DNA from: an uncultured bacterium
Lineage (GTDB): Bacteria > UBA8481
NCBI GenBank assembly: GCA_964499705.1
Contig: CAZCME010000002.1
Coordinates: 310,001 to 374,000 of the forward strand
DNA length: 64,000 bases
Direction: 5' to 3'
Below are positions 1-9,120 of this stretch, in pieces. Position 1 is the first letter of the stretch. Every line of letters begins with the position of its first letter. A model generated the notes under the pieces. The model made no database searches and was not told the origin of the DNA. It worked only from the letters and a program-made list of their open reading frames with translations. Made by a program: the position numbers and the translations under genes.

Positions 1-966
1 TACGAACGGAGCGGCGGTTTGCTGGTGTCCGCCGGCCCCAGAAGGAGTCTGCAGCATGGTGACCAATATTGTGGATTTCGGTTCGAGCAACGATCGGATC
101 TCGACTCCGATCCGTTTCACGCGGCGATGGAGATGGGCGAGCTGGAGCTTGCCTCGAGCTATTGCCGGGACCGCGCTCAGGGCAGGGAGCTCGAGGTTCA
201 CTGCCTCGAAAGGCTCGGCCGCGATCTCGAGCATCATATTCGAACTCCAAGGATAGAGTGGAATTTCGAGTCGAATCCGGAATATCCGCTCCGAGCGCTC
301 TTGTGCTTGTGGCGACGGCAAATGCTCTCCATCGTTCCATATCAACTTGATTCTGCTCTGCTTGAATATATGAATTCGCCGGCCGTCCGCGATCTTGCCT
401 GCCGGCTGTTCGCGGCGGCAGTGCCGGAAATGGCTGCGCCGTTTTTGGCGGATCAAGCCACGGCTGAATTTCGAGGCACGATGTCCGCGCCACCCGCCAA
501 CTGGAACGAGCGCTTCCGATTTGGGGCGATGAAGATGCAGCCGCAAGAGATGTTGAAGCCGGAACTGGCGGCTGTCCACCTCGCGCGCACGCGGAGCGCT
601 TCCCACATCGAGCGTGTCGGCGATGAGATATTTCCGCATATGATCTTCGAGTCGGATTCCAAGCGGACCGATTCTATGCTCAACAGTCGACTGGATGGCC
701 TTGCGGTGTTCGCGGTGGCCGGCAGTCCGGCCGCCATCGCCGCGCTCGAGCGATGCGGCGAATCGTCCGATCCGGAACTCGGTCGTTCCGCGAAACGGTG
801 GCTCGCTGCCTGCAAATGGCCGAACGTGGCCGCGATGCTGTTCGAGATCCTCGATCGAGGTACTTACGACGCGTGGAGAGTATTCATTCATGAACTCAAC
901 GAGACCCGCGGCCCCGACGAAGTCTATGCTCTACTCGAACAGAAAAACTATCATTCAGGAATATGA
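1..966 (+). CDS. Hypothetical protein, 5'-truncated by window edge
   Basis: Frame is open from base 1 to TGA at 964-966; no family recognised; one segment is HEAT-like (AIAALERCGESSDPELGRSAKRWL). Confidence 0.55.
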   Translation, partial: YERSGGLLVSAGPRRSLQHGDQYCGFRFEQRSDLDSDPFHAAMEMGELELASSYCRDRAQGRELEVHCLERLGRDLEHHIRTPRIEWNFESNPEYPLRALLCLWRRQMLSIVPYQLDSALLEYMNSPAVRDLACRLFAAAVPEMAAPFLADQATAEFRGTMSAPPANWNERFRFGAMKMQPQEMLKPELAAVHLARTRSASHIERVGDEIFPHMIFESDSKRTDSMLNSRLDGLAVFAVAGSPAAIAALERCGESSDPELGRSAKRWLAACKWPNVAAMLFEILDRGTYDAWRVFIHELNETRGPDEVYALLEQKNYHSGI

Positions 967-1073
967 TGTCGGTGCGTGCAGCCCTCCATTGCATGAATGG
1001 ATGATTCGAAATATGGTCCGATCACGGATAAACAGAGCTGTCTCAATGACGTTAAAGGTGTATAGGGTGTCTG

Positions 1074-2189
1074 ATGGAAAATAATAAATTACAACTTTTG
1101 GAACCGCGGATTGCCATCTTCGGCATCACGAAGCACGGCGTTGGCATTGCGAAGCGGTTGAAGGCCGGGTTCCCCGAAGCGGATCTCTTCATGCCGAGAA
1201 AATTCGAGCATGAAGCGCTGCCGGATACGATTCTTTACGACAAGCTTCTCAGTAAAGTCATCGGCGAGATCTTTCACTCTTATGACAGCATCATCTTCGT
1301 GATCTCCCTGGGCGCCGTAATCCGGATGATCGCGCCGTACATGAAGGACAAGCATGTCGATCCGGCCGTCGTGGTGGTCGATGACGCCGCGAAGTTCGCC
1401 ATCAGCGTCCTCTCCGGTCACATCGGCGGCGCCAATGAGTTCACCGACCGCGTCGCGAAGATCCTGGGCGCCGTTTCCGTCATAACGACCGCCTCCGATG
1501 TAGGGAAGACCATTCCTGTCGACATCCTCGGCCGGGAGCTGGGATGGACGCTGGAAGGGGAGGAGAACGTCACGGCCGTGTCCGCCCACGTGGTGAACGA
1601 GGAGCCGGTCGCGTTCATCCAGGAGACCGGCGAGAAGACCTGGTGGACGCGCGACGTCCCGCTGCCAAAGTCGATCCGCGTTCTCTCCTCGCTTGCCGAG
1701 ATCGAGGATCGATCCGTCTACAAGGCGTTCCTCATGGTCACCGACCGCATTCTTCGCGAGGAAGCCGACGGGATTCGCGACCGCATGATCCTCTATCGTC
1801 CCCGCAGCCTCGTCGTCGGTCTCGGCTGCAATCGAGGCACGTCCTCCGGGGAAATTCTCGAAGCCGTGAAGATGACATTCGAAAAGCACGGCCTGGCCCT
1901 CGCGTCCATTCGCAACTTCGCGACGACCCAGCTGAAGGAGGATGAAGCGGGATTCCTTGAACTCGCCCGGATGCTCGATCGCAGGTTCGCCCACTACAGC
2001 AAGGAGGAACTATCCTCGTTCGCCTCGCTCCCGAACCCTTCCGAAATCGTGAAGAAGTACGTCGGCAGTCCCGGCGTCGCCGAACCCGCCGCGATGCTGT
2101 CCGCGGGCGTGACGGAGCTGATTGTTCCCAAGCAGAAGTTCACGAACGTGACCGTTGCGGTGGCGAGATGTGTCTTTTCCATCGCGTAA
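1074..2189 (+). CDS. cbiG: Cobalt-precorrin-5A hydrolase CbiG
   Basis: Motifs GAVIRMIAP..KDKHVDPAVVVVD, SVLSGHIGGAN, VITTASD, LVVGLGCNRG, GVAEPAA. Confidence 0.93.
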   Translation: MENNKLQLLEPRIAIFGITKHGVGIAKRLKAGFPEADLFMPRKFEHEALPDTILYDKLLSKVIGEIFHSYDSIIFVISLGAVIRMIAPYMKDKHVDPAVVVVDDAAKFAISVLSGHIGGANEFTDRVAKILGAVSVITTASDVGKTIPVDILGRELGWTLEGEENVTAVSAHVVNEEPVAFIQETGEKTWWTRDVPLPKSIRVLSSLAEIEDRSVYKAFLMVTDRILREEADGIRDRMILYRPRSLVVGLGCNRGTSSGEILEAVKMTFEKHGLALASIRNFATTQLKEDEAGFLELARMLDRRFAHYSKEELSSFASLPNPSEIVKKYVGSPGVAEPAAMLSAGVTELIVPKQKFTNVTVAVARCVFSIA

Positions 2190-2227
2190 GCTCGATGGGA
2201 TTTCGGTGCAAGAATGCAGGATCGGTC

Positions 2228-2554
2228 TTATTCGTCGAGCGCCAGAGCAATCTTGAGTGCCTGGTCCAGTTCACGGACCTTCACCGAAGACAACGCTCCG
2301 ACATAATCCGTGAGCGCCGCCTTTTGTATCGCCACCAGCTCATCGCAGTGGATGGACGATTCGTGTTTCAGTCCATCGTCGATCCCGACTTCAACCTGAG
2401 TATCGATTCCATCGCGGCGTGAATAGACAGGGGCGCATGTCGCCGTCGAGAAACGTGAATCAAGGAGCGCCTGGCGGCTGACGACGACGAAAACCCGGCT
2501 TTTCCTCGGATCTCCCCGGGGATGGCGCACACGATACATCTCACCGCGTTTCAC
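2228..2554 (-). CDS. PemK/MazF-family toxin (type II TA)
   Basis: MKRGEMYRV...KSRVFVVVS...[13 protein letters not shown]...[10 protein letters not shown] pattern; start overlaps the stop of the upstream antitoxin. Confidence 0.88.
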   Translation of the reverse strand: MKRGEMYRVRHPRGDPRKSRVFVVVSRQALLDSRFSTATCAPVYSRRDGIDTQVEVGIDDGLKHESSIHCDELVAIQKAALTDYVGALSSVKVRELDQALKIALALDE

Positions 2555-2781
2555 GGCTTGATCTGATATTCGAGCGCGTCCGCGGCTTCGCGGTTCAACG
2601 CCTCCGCATTCCTGTTGATGATCTCGATATCCCGCTGATCCCGCGCTCTCCGTCTGCGCCGAGCCACAAAATCGAGAACCGCCGCTTCGATGACACGCGA
2701 CCGGTTGGATGTCTTCCCAGCGAGAGCGTCGATATCGCGGAGCGTATCTTGTTCAAGGGTGATAGATGTCTTCACTTTCAT
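2551..2781 (-). CDS. Ribbon-helix-helix antitoxin
   Basis: KTSITL...[13 protein letters not shown] signature; C-terminal [19 protein letters not shown]; 4-bp overlap with toxin. Confidence 0.85.
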   Translation of the reverse strand: MKVKTSITLEQDTLRDIDALAGKTSNRSRVIEAAVLDFVARRRRRARDQRDIEIINRNAEALNREAADALEYQIKP

Positions 2782-2816
2782 AGTATAAATATACTACCGC
2801 TGTTCCCGTTGGTCAA
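2782..2816 (-). promoter_or_regulatory. sigma70-type promoter and palindromic operator of the TA operon
   Basis: Minus strand reads TTGACC-17nt-TATATT-6nt-ATG; near-palindrome AGTATA-TT-TATACT covers the -10. Confidence 0.7.
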
Positions 2817-2864
2817 CGGGCGGTACCGCGTGACGCCTTCCCCGGAAGCGTGCATAATAATCCC

Positions 2865-3656
2865 ATGTTCGAAATCGTACCAGGCACCGTGTACATCGTA
2901 GGAGCAGGGCCCGGGGATCCTGACCTCATCACGATCCGCGGAGCGCAGCTCCTTGCGGCCGCGGATACCGTCATCATCACCGGTTCGCTCGTTCCTCGGA
3001 CGCTTCTGAAGCACTGCGCCAAAAATCCCGCGGTCGTCGACAGCAAGGGTCTGACGCTCCAGGAGATCATGGAGAAGACCGTCGCCGCCGCCCGCGCGGG
3101 GCAGATCGTGGTCCGGCTGCATACCGGGGAGCCGTCCATCTTCGGGGCGACCATGGAGCAGATCGACGAGTTGCGGAAGGAGCAGGTTCCCTTTGTCATC
3201 ATCCCGGGCATCAGCTCGTTTCAGGCCGCCGCCGCGGCGCTGGAAGCGGAGTTCACCATACCCGAGGTGAGCCAGACGCTCATCATTTCGCGCGCCGGAG
3301 GCAAGACGCCGGTGCCGGCCCTGGAGGAACTGACCGAGCTGGCGAAGATCCGCGCGACGGTCGTGCTGTACCTGAGTGCGCTCCTCGTGGAAAAGATCGA
3401 GCGCGATCTGCTGACGCAGTATCCGCCGGACGAACCCATCGCGATCGTCCGGCGCGCGTCCTGGCCGGATGAGCTCATCGTCAGGGGGGAGCTGCGGAAC
3501 CTGGTCGCCCTGACGAAGGAACACGGAATCAAGGATCACGCGCTCATCATCGTCGGCCCCGGCCTGAAAAGCCACGGCACGAAGTCGAAGCTGTACGATG
3601 CCTCCTTTTCACACCGGTTTCGAAAGGCGAAGTCGCCCGCGGGTGACGCGGTATGA
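2865..3656 (+). CDS. cobM: Precorrin-4/cobalt-precorrin-4 C11-methyltransferase (CbiF/CobM)
   Basis: VYIVGAGPGDPDLITIRG, VVRLHTGEPSIFGA, PGISSF, ASWPDE, SKLYDASFSHRFR. Confidence 0.93.
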   Translation: MFEIVPGTVYIVGAGPGDPDLITIRGAQLLAAADTVIITGSLVPRTLLKHCAKNPAVVDSKGLTLQEIMEKTVAAARAGQIVVRLHTGEPSIFGATMEQIDELRKEQVPFVIIPGISSFQAAAAALEAEFTIPEVSQTLIISRAGGKTPVPALEELTELAKIRATVVLYLSALLVEKIERDLLTQYPPDEPIAIVRRASWPDELIVRGELRNLVALTKEHGIKDHALIIVGPGLKSHGTKSKLYDASFSHRFRKAKSPAGDAV

Positions 3657-4456
3657 CGGCGTTCGACGCGGACGCGATTCTTCTGATCGCGCATGGCACG
3701 AGGGATCCGCTCGGCAACGAGGAGACGCTGCGGCTGGCGGCCCTCGTCGAGGCGCAGGCGGGCATTCCGGTTCGCACGGGATTCATCGAGCATGCGGAGC
3801 CGGACGTGCCGGAGACGATCGATGCGATGATCGCGGAAGGGCTGAGGAGAATCGTCGCCGCCCCGGTCATTCTCATCGCAGCGGGTCATGTGAAGGAGGA
3901 CGTTCCCCAGTTCATCGAGGCCGCGCGTCGGCGGCATCCGGACGCTTCGTTTCGCGTCGCTGACAACCTGGGCATTCATCCTTCAATCCTCGATATCCTG
4001 GATGAACGTCTGCGCTCCTGCGAGGCGGATGTGGCTGAAGTCGCCCGCGAGAACACGTCGGTCGTCTTCGTCGGCCGTGGTTCCAGCGATCCGGATGCCA
4101 ACAGTGACATCTATAAAATCTCCCGTCTCTTCTGGGAGAGCCGCGGATTCCGGTCCGTGCATGTGGGATTCATCGGCGTCACATACCCGACGATGCAGGA
4201 ATCGCTCCAACAGGCCTCGCGCATGGCACCCGCGCGGATCATCGTCCTGCCGTATTTTCTTTTCATGGGGCTGCTGCTGACCCGGATCGAGAAGATCACG
4301 GACGAAGCAAAAGCTCTTTATCCGGGTTGTGAAGTACTGCAGGCGAAGCACATGGGACCGGATATCAGATTGGCCGAGGTGATCCTGGATCGTTGCCGGC
4401 AGAACTCCGCGCCGGCGCTCGCCGACCCGTCCGATCTCATGGTCTCCCGCCCGTAA
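3653..4456 (+). CDS. cbiX: Sirohydrochlorin cobaltochelatase, two-domain CbiX
   Basis: LIAHGTRD, AGHVKEDVP, VGRGSSDPDANSD, PYFLFMG; ATGA overlap with cobM. Confidence 0.88.
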   Translation: MTAFDADAILLIAHGTRDPLGNEETLRLAALVEAQAGIPVRTGFIEHAEPDVPETIDAMIAEGLRRIVAAPVILIAAGHVKEDVPQFIEAARRRHPDASFRVADNLGIHPSILDILDERLRSCEADVAEVARENTSVVFVGRGSSDPDANSDIYKISRLFWESRGFRSVHVGFIGVTYPTMQESLQQASRMAPARIIVLPYFLFMGLLLTRIEKITDEAKALYPGCEVLQAKHMGPDIRLAEVILDRCRQNSAPALADPSDLMVSRP

Positions 4457-4465
4457 TCGGCGACC

Positions 4466-5134
4466 TCACTTCCGGATCGAATTCCCCGCGCCCGCCGCCG
4501 AATCGGGTTTCAACTGGTGCACGTAACCCTTCATGGAAGGGAACAGCCACTTCCAGTAGCCATACCGTTTCATCTCCGCGTAAGCGTCGGCCGTGCTCCA
4601 GCCCTGCCGCCGGACGCGGTACATGGCGACGATGGCCCCTGTGCGGTCAATGCCGCGTCGGCAATGGATGAGGACCGGTTGATTGCGGGTGTCGGAAATG
4701 AGGGCGAGCAATTTCGCTTCGTCGGCAGGGGTCGGAGGATCCGACGCGTGAAGCGGAACATGAAAGCTCATCAGGCCGGCCGCCTGGACGGCTGCGGCAT
4801 CGTCGGGTTCGGCGCGGAGCGAGATCACGGACTTGATCCCGATCCTCTTCGCGGAACGATAACCTTCCGGAGTCGGCTGCGCGCTGCGATAGATCGTGGG
4901 CGTGACGCGTCCGAAATTGGGCAGTCCCTCATGCTCGGATGTTGATGCTTGCGCGGGAAGGGCGGTGTCGAGGACATGAGCCGCGGGCAACACCGAGGGC
5001 CCGGTCGCGGCGCTCAGGAAGAGAAAGCCGAGCGCGAAAAGAACACTTCGCGTCAAGCCGCGCAGGCTGATTTTCAAGACATCCGGGGTGAAGCGCCGTC
5101 GAGACGAAAAAATCATCGTCATGCCATATAACAT
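4466..5134 (-). CDS. Exported Cys-based (dual-specificity/tyrosine) phosphatase family protein
   Basis: PNFGRV...IYRSAQP, P-loop IHCRRGIDRTG (HCx5R); hydrophobic N-terminal segment; start uncertain. Confidence 0.8.
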   Translation of the reverse strand: MLYGMTMIFSSRRRFTPDVLKISLRGLTRSVLFALGFLFLSAATGPSVLPAAHVLDTALPAQASTSEHEGLPNFGRVTPTIYRSAQPTPEGYRSAKRIGIKSVISLRAEPDDAAAVQAAGLMSFHVPLHASDPPTPADEAKLLALISDTRNQPVLIHCRRGIDRTGAIVAMYRVRRQGWSTADAYAEMKRYGYWKWLFPSMKGYVHQLKPDSAAGAGNSIRK

Positions 5135-5137
5135 CCG

Positions 5138-6121
5138 CTACTCCAATTCCCACATCGCCCGAGCCGATCCGTCCCGCTTCATCGGCTCCCGCTCATACGC
5201 CAGCGCGGCCGCTCCGATCATCGCCGCGTTATCCGTGCATAGTTCCTTCCGGGGCGCCGCGAAGTCGACGCCCGATTCCATGCAAAGTGCGCTCATCGCC
5301 GATCGCAGCGCCGTGTTCGCCGCGACGCCGCCGGTCAGGAGAAATCGAGTTGCGCGCGTTTCGTTCAGGGCTTTCTTCGTCTTTTCCAGGAGAGCCGCCA
5401 CGACCTCATCCTGGAACGAAGCCGCGAGGACGGCGCGACGCTCTTCCGTCAGCGGTCCCGATTTTTCCACGGCGACTTTCAACGCCGTCTTCAGGCCCGA
5501 GAACGAAAAATCCGCCTGCCCCGCCATCAGCCTGCCTGCGATCCGGACGCGATCCGCTCCGGCCTGTTCCGCGCATCGCGCGAGCGCCGGGCCACCGGGA
5601 AATCCGAGCCCCAGGAGTTTCGCCGCCTTGTCGAATGCTTCGCCCGCGGCGTCATCGATCGTCCGGGCCAGCCGCTCATAACGGCCCCATGCGGGGACGA
5701 AGACCAGCTCCGTGTGGCCGCCGGAGACGACGAGCGCCAGAAACGGGGGAGCCCAGTCCGGGCGATCGAGAAGAATCGCATGCATGTGCCCCGCGATATG
5801 GTGGATGCCATACAACGGCAATCCGCGCGAGAAGGCATAACCCTGCGCGAACGATACGCCCACGAGGAGACACCCGATCAGGCCGGGACCGGCGGTCACC
5901 GCGACGGCGCGCGGCTCGGGAGCGCCCGAAAGAGCCAGCGCCACGACGTCGGGCAGGACTTCGAGATGAAGCCGGGATGCGACCTCGGGAACGACGCCGC
6001 CGAAGATTTCATGGTCGGGGATCTGGGTATGGACAATGTTGGTTACGACCCGGTAGCCGTCATCGATGACGGCCGCCGCCGTTTCATCGCAGGACGTCTC
6101 GATGGCCAGGATTGGAGTCAG
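5138..6121 (-). CDS. tsaD: tRNA N6-adenosine threonylcarbamoyltransferase TsaD; probable CTG start
   Basis: Frame continues upstream of the track ORF with ILAIETSCDETAAAV and FGGVVPEVASRLH; also HHIAGH, VSGGHT, DDAAGEAFDK, FSFSGLKT, CTDNAAMI. Confidence 0.93.
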   Translation of the reverse strand: MTPILAIETSCDETAAAVIDDGYRVVTNIVHTQIPDHEIFGGVVPEVASRLHLEVLPDVVALALSGAPEPRAVAVTAGPGLIGCLLVGVSFAQGYAFSRGLPLYGIHHIAGHMHAILLDRPDWAPPFLALVVSGGHTELVFVPAWGRYERLARTIDDAAGEAFDKAAKLLGLGFPGGPALARCAEQAGADRVRIAGRLMAGQADFSFSGLKTALKVAVEKSGPLTEERRAVLAASFQDEVVAALLEKTKKALNETRATRFLLTGGVAANTALRSAMSALCMESGVDFAAPRKELCTDNAAMIGAAALAYEREPMKRDGSARAMWELE

Positions 6122-6199
6122 GAGGATGTCCTCTTATAAAAATGCATCGGGAGTCATAAAACAGTAATATATATGAACATGACATTCAAGATATACACC

Positions 6200-6227
6200 A
6201 TCCTGTCTATCCTGCTCATCCTGTTAA
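6200..6227. repeat. 3 x 9-bp ATCCTGnnn tandem repeat (REP-like unit)
   Basis: atcctgtct atcctgctc atcctgttaa; related copies at 10044-10071 and 10138-10156. Confidence 0.7.
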
Positions 6228-6254
6228 AATAGGGAGGTTTTGCAGCGAGGCATT

Positions 6255-7694
6255 CTAATGCCGCGCCGTGACCGCCGGCCGCGCGGCTTCCTTCTCATCG
6301 AGGGAAGAGGCTCCGTGAAGAACGTCGATCGCTTTCTTCAGCTGGCGGTCGAGGTGCGGGAGCAGGTACATCCGGTTGTCGTTCCGGCGCGCCAGTTCCG
6401 CGACGTAGCGCCGTTCGAGCAGATCGCGCGGGATGTCGATGTCGGCGGCCTTGACGAGGATCGCGAGCCGGTCGATGTCGGCCTGGGTATAATCCGCCTT
6501 CTTGCGCGCGTAGTCGCGGACGATGTCCGTGTCGTTCAACCTCTTCAGCGCTTTCAGCTCCGTGTCGGAGAGAATGGGGATCTCGATCTCCATGCCCGTG
6601 TCGGGATGGAGACCGACGCCGTGGATGGACCGGCCGGACGGCGTGAAATAGCGGGCGGTCGTCAACGCGATCTTGGAATTGTCCGGCAGGTTCTCCACGG
6701 TCTGGACGCTTCCCTTGCCGTACGTCTTCGTCCCGATGACGACGCCGCGGTGATGATCCTGGATCGCGCCCGAGACGATCTCCGATGCCGACGCGGATCC
6801 GCCGTTCACGAGGACCGCGACGGGCAGCTTCGTGGCTGCCGCCATCGGCGACGCGCTGTAGCTCGTCGTCTGGCGCGGATCGCGGCTCACGACGGAAACG
6901 ATCACGCCGGAGTCGATGAAGCGGTTGGAGACGGCGGTCGCTCCGGTCAGGACGCCGCCGGGATTATCGCGCAGGTCGAGGATGAGGCCGCGCACATTCT
7001 GCTTCGTCAGCGCGGAAATGGCCTCGTCGAGTTCGTCGGCCGTTCGCTCGCTGAACTGCGAGATCCGGATATAACCGAGATCTTCATACTGGGTGAAGCG
7101 CACGCTGTGAATCTGGATGACGTCGCGGACAAGCGGAATCTTGATGAGTTCCTCGAGACCCGCGCGCTTGACCTCGATCGTGACTCCCGTGCCGACCGGT
7201 CCGCGCAGGAGCGTCACGGCGACATCGAGGCTCATCGTGTCCGTCGCGCGCCCGTCGATCGTCATGATCGCGTCGCCGGCTTCGACTCCGCCGCGCCACG
7301 CGGGCGTGCCTTCGACAGGAGCGATGACCGACAGGCGCTCATTCTCCATGCCGATGTGAATGCCGATCCCGCCGAATTCTCCAGCCGTCTCGATCATAAG
7401 ATCCTTGGCGTCCTGCACCGGCAGATACCGCGAATGAGGATCGCCCAGCGTCTCCAGCATCCCGCGGATGGCTCCCTGGATGAGGAGGTTAGGATCGATC
7501 TTGCCGGTATCCGCGTAATCGGCCTGGACGAGGCGATAGGCTTCGACGAACGTCTGCATCTCCTTCAGAGCCGTATCCATCGAGTCCGCGCCGGCCTTTC
7601 CCGGGGTGAATTCGGAAAGCTGGAGGACGAGCAGGAGAGCGACGACGGCGGACGAGATGAGGAAGCCAGGGTTTCTATAAGGACGCGGATTCAT
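6255..7694 (-). CDS. S41 family C-terminal processing peptidase (CtpA-like), copy 1
   Basis: PDZ (GEFGGIGI, TPAWRGG), LILDLRDNPGG, catalytic SASASEI and GKGSVQ. Confidence 0.92.
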   Translation of the reverse strand: MNPRPYRNPGFLISSAVVALLLVLQLSEFTPGKAGADSMDTALKEMQTFVEAYRLVQADYADTGKIDPNLLIQGAIRGMLETLGDPHSRYLPVQDAKDLMIETAGEFGGIGIHIGMENERLSVIAPVEGTPAWRGGVEAGDAIMTIDGRATDTMSLDVAVTLLRGPVGTGVTIEVKRAGLEELIKIPLVRDVIQIHSVRFTQYEDLGYIRISQFSERTADELDEAISALTKQNVRGLILDLRDNPGGVLTGATAVSNRFIDSGVIVSVVSRDPRQTTSYSASPMAAATKLPVAVLVNGGSASASEIVSGAIQDHHRGVVIGTKTYGKGSVQTVENLPDNSKIALTTARYFTPSGRSIHGVGLHPDTGMEIEIPILSDTELKALKRLNDTDIVRDYARKKADYTQADIDRLAILVKAADIDIPRDLLERRYVAELARRNDNRMYLLPHLDRQLKKAIDVLHGASSLDEKEAARPAVTARH

Positions 7695-7747
7695 GAGGAG
7701 AGTCTATCATCCGGCGCACGGGCGCACCAGTGGGGATTGATGCGCTC

Positions 7748-9118
7748 CTATCGGATGCTGGCCGAATGGTCCGCCAGTCGTTCCGCCGCGTTCAGGACGT
7801 CGATGGCCTTTTTCAAGGCTGGATCGAGCGCGGGGACGAGGAAAATCTTGTTTTCGTTTCTTCTTGAAAGTTCCGCGATATAGCGGCGCTCTAATAATGT
7901 GCGGGGAACGTCAAGGCCGGCCGCCTCCGCGAGCCGCGCGAGCTGATCGATGTCCGCTTCCGAGTATTCCGTCTTCTTGCCGGCAAATTCACGGAGGATG
8001 CTCGTTTCGGTCAAAGCCTGAAGGATCTTCAGCTCGGTGTCCGTGGGTTCGGGAACGTCCACGAGCATGCCGCTGTCGGGCTGCAGCCCGATTCCATGAA
8101 GGAATCGTCCCGCGGGAGTCACATAGCGCGCGGTCGTCAGGGCGATCTTCGATCTGTCCGGCAATGTCTCCACGGATTGGACGGAACCCTTGCCGTACGT
8201 CTTCGTTCCGATGATGACGCCGCGCTTATGATCCTGAATCGCGCCGCAGACGATCTCCGCCGCCGACGCGGATCCCTTGTTGATGAGAACCGCCAGAGGC
8301 AGCCTCGTGGCGGCAACACCGGGCGATGCGTTGTAGATCCTCGTCTGGCGCGGATCGCGGCTCACGACGGAGACCAGGACGCCGTCGCCGATGAATCGAT
8401 TGGCGACATCCGTGGCGCTGGAGAGGACGCCGCCGGGATTATCGCGAAGATCGAGGATCAGGGCGCGCACTTTCTTCTGCCCCAGCGCCGCGAGCGCCTC
8501 GTCGAGTTGTTCCGCGGTGCGTTCGTTGAATTGCGATATCCGGATGTACCCGATGTTTCCATGCAGCGCATGGCGCACGCTGCGGATCCGGATGAGATCC
8601 CGCAGAAGCGGCAGGCGGATGACCTCATTCCGTCCGGCGCGTTTCACGTCCAGGGTGACGCCGGATCCGACCGGTCCCCGGAGATTCGTGACCGCATCGT
8701 CGAGCGTCCAGGTATCGGCGGATTTGCCGTCCACCGCCATGATCATGTCTCCCGCTTCCACGCCGCCGCGCCACGCGGGAGAACCCTCGATGGCGCTCAC
8801 GACGATCAGCCGGCCCTGTTCCATTCCAATGTGTATTCCGACGCCGCTGAATTCTCCCGACAAGTCTTCTCCGTACCAGGCGGAAAGCGCGCGTGTATGC
8901 GGATCGCCCAGCGACTCCAGCATGCCGTTGAGCGCGCCCCGAAGGAGCGTTTTCGGCTGGAGCCTGGAGGTGTCGGCGAATTTTTCGGCGATCAGGTTAT
9001 AGGCTTCCACGAATGTCCTCAGTTCCCGGAACGAGGCTTCGTTCGTCGTCTCCTCGGCATGAGCGGCGGGAAGAACGAAGAGGAGAAGAACGAGCGACGC
9101 GGAACGGAACATCAGCAT
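7748..9118 (-). CDS. S41 family C-terminal processing peptidase (CtpA-like), copy 2
   Basis: Same motifs (LILDLRDNPGG, SASAAEI, GKGSVQ); signal peptide MLMFRSASLVLLLFVLPAAHA; the track ORF is over-extended into gloB. Confidence 0.9.
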   Translation of the reverse strand: MLMFRSASLVLLLFVLPAAHAEETTNEASFRELRTFVEAYNLIAEKFADTSRLQPKTLLRGALNGMLESLGDPHTRALSAWYGEDLSGEFSGVGIHIGMEQGRLIVVSAIEGSPAWRGGVEAGDMIMAVDGKSADTWTLDDAVTNLRGPVGSGVTLDVKRAGRNEVIRLPLLRDLIRIRSVRHALHGNIGYIRISQFNERTAEQLDEALAALGQKKVRALILDLRDNPGGVLSSATDVANRFIGDGVLVSVVSRDPRQTRIYNASPGVAATRLPLAVLINKGSASAAEIVCGAIQDHKRGVIIGTKTYGKGSVQSVETLPDRSKIALTTARYVTPAGRFLHGIGLQPDSGMLVDVPEPTDTELKILQALTETSILREFAGKKTEYSEADIDQLARLAEAAGLDVPRTLLERRYIAELSRRNENKIFLVPALDPALKKAIDVLNAAERLADHSASIR

Positions 9119-9120
9119 GC

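Noticed and set aside
967-1073. Cobalamin riboswitch upstream of cbiG
   Set aside because: Gap is short and I see no B12-box consensus; an Rfam scan would settle it
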